Assembly (NCBI GenBank): GCA_965112735.1
Contig: OZ218952.1
Coordinates: 3,348,001-3,412,000, forward strand
DNA from: Phaeosaccion multiseriatum
Lineage: Eukaryota; Protista; Ochrophyta, other classes
Reading direction: 5' to 3'
DNA length: 64,000 nt
The notes beneath the pieces are model-generated. The model saw only the letters and a program-made list of their open reading frames with translations, was not told the origin of the DNA and did not search any database. This document shows positions 63,501 to 64,000 of this stretch, one piece after another. The position numbers were made by a program, and so were the translations under genes. Each line of letters starts with the position of its first letter. Position 1 is the first letter of the stretch.

Positions 63501-64000
63501 AGACACGCAAGCATCGTCGCTGTTGAGATTCAAGTGGGGGGGGGGGGGGCACCGGTTAAGAGCAGGTACGAGTCTATAGAGTCTGTAGTCACCGCGTGCC
63601 AAAGAGGAATGCAAGAGGAAGGCAAAGTTCCTTAAGTTGGGGCTCGGCGGGGCCCACCCACCCAACCCGTGTCACGCCTTGCCATCTCCCCCCCCCCCCC
63701 GTCTTTATAGTAATGCACACGGGAATGAACAAGAAGCAACATCCTCGGCAAATACACTAGCAAACAAAGCAAGGCAAAGGCAAAGCAAAGTACCCACAGC
63801 GCAACTCAACGCGGGTGCCCCCTCCCCCATCCATACTCTGTGCTGCGTCCAGCTTGAGGAATCGGCGAGAGACAGGAATCGCGAAGGAAGGGAGGAAGGA
63901 GAAGCCATCCTTCCTTCCTTCCTTTTGCTCGACTCACCAAAAGCACCTGTTGCCTTCTGAGTCTGGGCCTACTGCTTGGTCGACTTTACCGCAGTCATCC
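45302..64000 (-). CDS. Giant polycystin-1/PKDREJ-like membrane protein: somatomedin-B domain, two mucin arrays, REJ module, Cys-rich/EGF repeats, GPS-like motif, multiple TM segments, acidic cytoplasmic tail. The 5' end lies beyond the window.
   Basis: SMB reconstructed across the intron 63937-63520: CGKVDQAVGPDSEGNRCF-C-DDACVSFGDCCGNVSIVC. REJ-type motifs are IVLDASVSLDP..LLFRWEC, YEFTVFV and ANAPPNSG...WADDGEDLPLTYSF...VYVYDIFGA. Also GETDVDCG and EGF (CNDRGDC...CLCEGGFGGTACE), GPS-like ECRFF..EQWESGNC..VMCEC, then several hydrophobic TM exons. Confidence 0.85.
56350..60600 (-). repeat. Coding minisatellite: 24-bp units (VAVETEAP / VAVETPAP / VAEVTETP), often as a 72-bp higher-order repeat
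   Basis: ~4.2 kb in frame within the 55689-60842 ORF. Confidence 0.95.
61190..63270 (-). repeat. Coding minisatellite: 12-bp units (TAAP/TATP/TSAP), plus a 39-bp TTAAPTAAPTPAP unit at the N-terminal end
   Basis: ~2.1 kb in frame within the 61113-63665 ORF. Confidence 0.95.

Noticed and set aside
63705-63908. Apparent signal-peptide start (MASPSS...LLCLCLALFASVFAED) for the giant receptor
   Set aside because: The SMB domain is completed by splicing 63938 (TG|gtgagt) to 63519 (cag|C), so this ORF lies in an intron and the true start is outside the window.

Overview
Eukaryotic nuclear DNA that is GC-rich and intron-rich, with GT-AG introns packed with microsatellites. Gene content and style suggest a stramenopile/ochrophyte alga, which is an inference. 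Hand-spliced gene models, in order: LSm10-like Sm protein (+), B12D/NDUFA4-like small mitochondrial protein copy 1 (-), RNA polymerase III subunit RPC3 (+), TAZ zinc-finger protein (-), B12D/NDUFA4-like copy 2 (+), secreted Cys-rich orphan (-), Ulp2/SENP-type SUMO protease (+), P5C dehydrogenase ALDH12 (-), TMBIM/Lifeguard (-), and a giant (>18 kb, 5'-incomplete) SMB-mucin-REJ-EGF-GPS multi-TM polycystin-1-like gene (-). The most striking region is 35.9-45.1 kb. It holds an intronless PPR-Smr gene with 18 near-identical 105-bp repeats whose RNA-recognition residues switch from repeat to repeat, giving a TALEN-like RNA endonuclease layout (predicted target ~AAYGAUGUGGUGAAAYUU). About 4 kb away is an inverted, truncated array of the same repeats with a different code, fused to what looks like a CRE-type retrotransposon remnant. 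Many introns have a G-rich 5' repeat tract and a complementary C-rich 3' tract, suggesting fold-back intron architecture. All assignments come from motif recognition by eye; no database searches were run.
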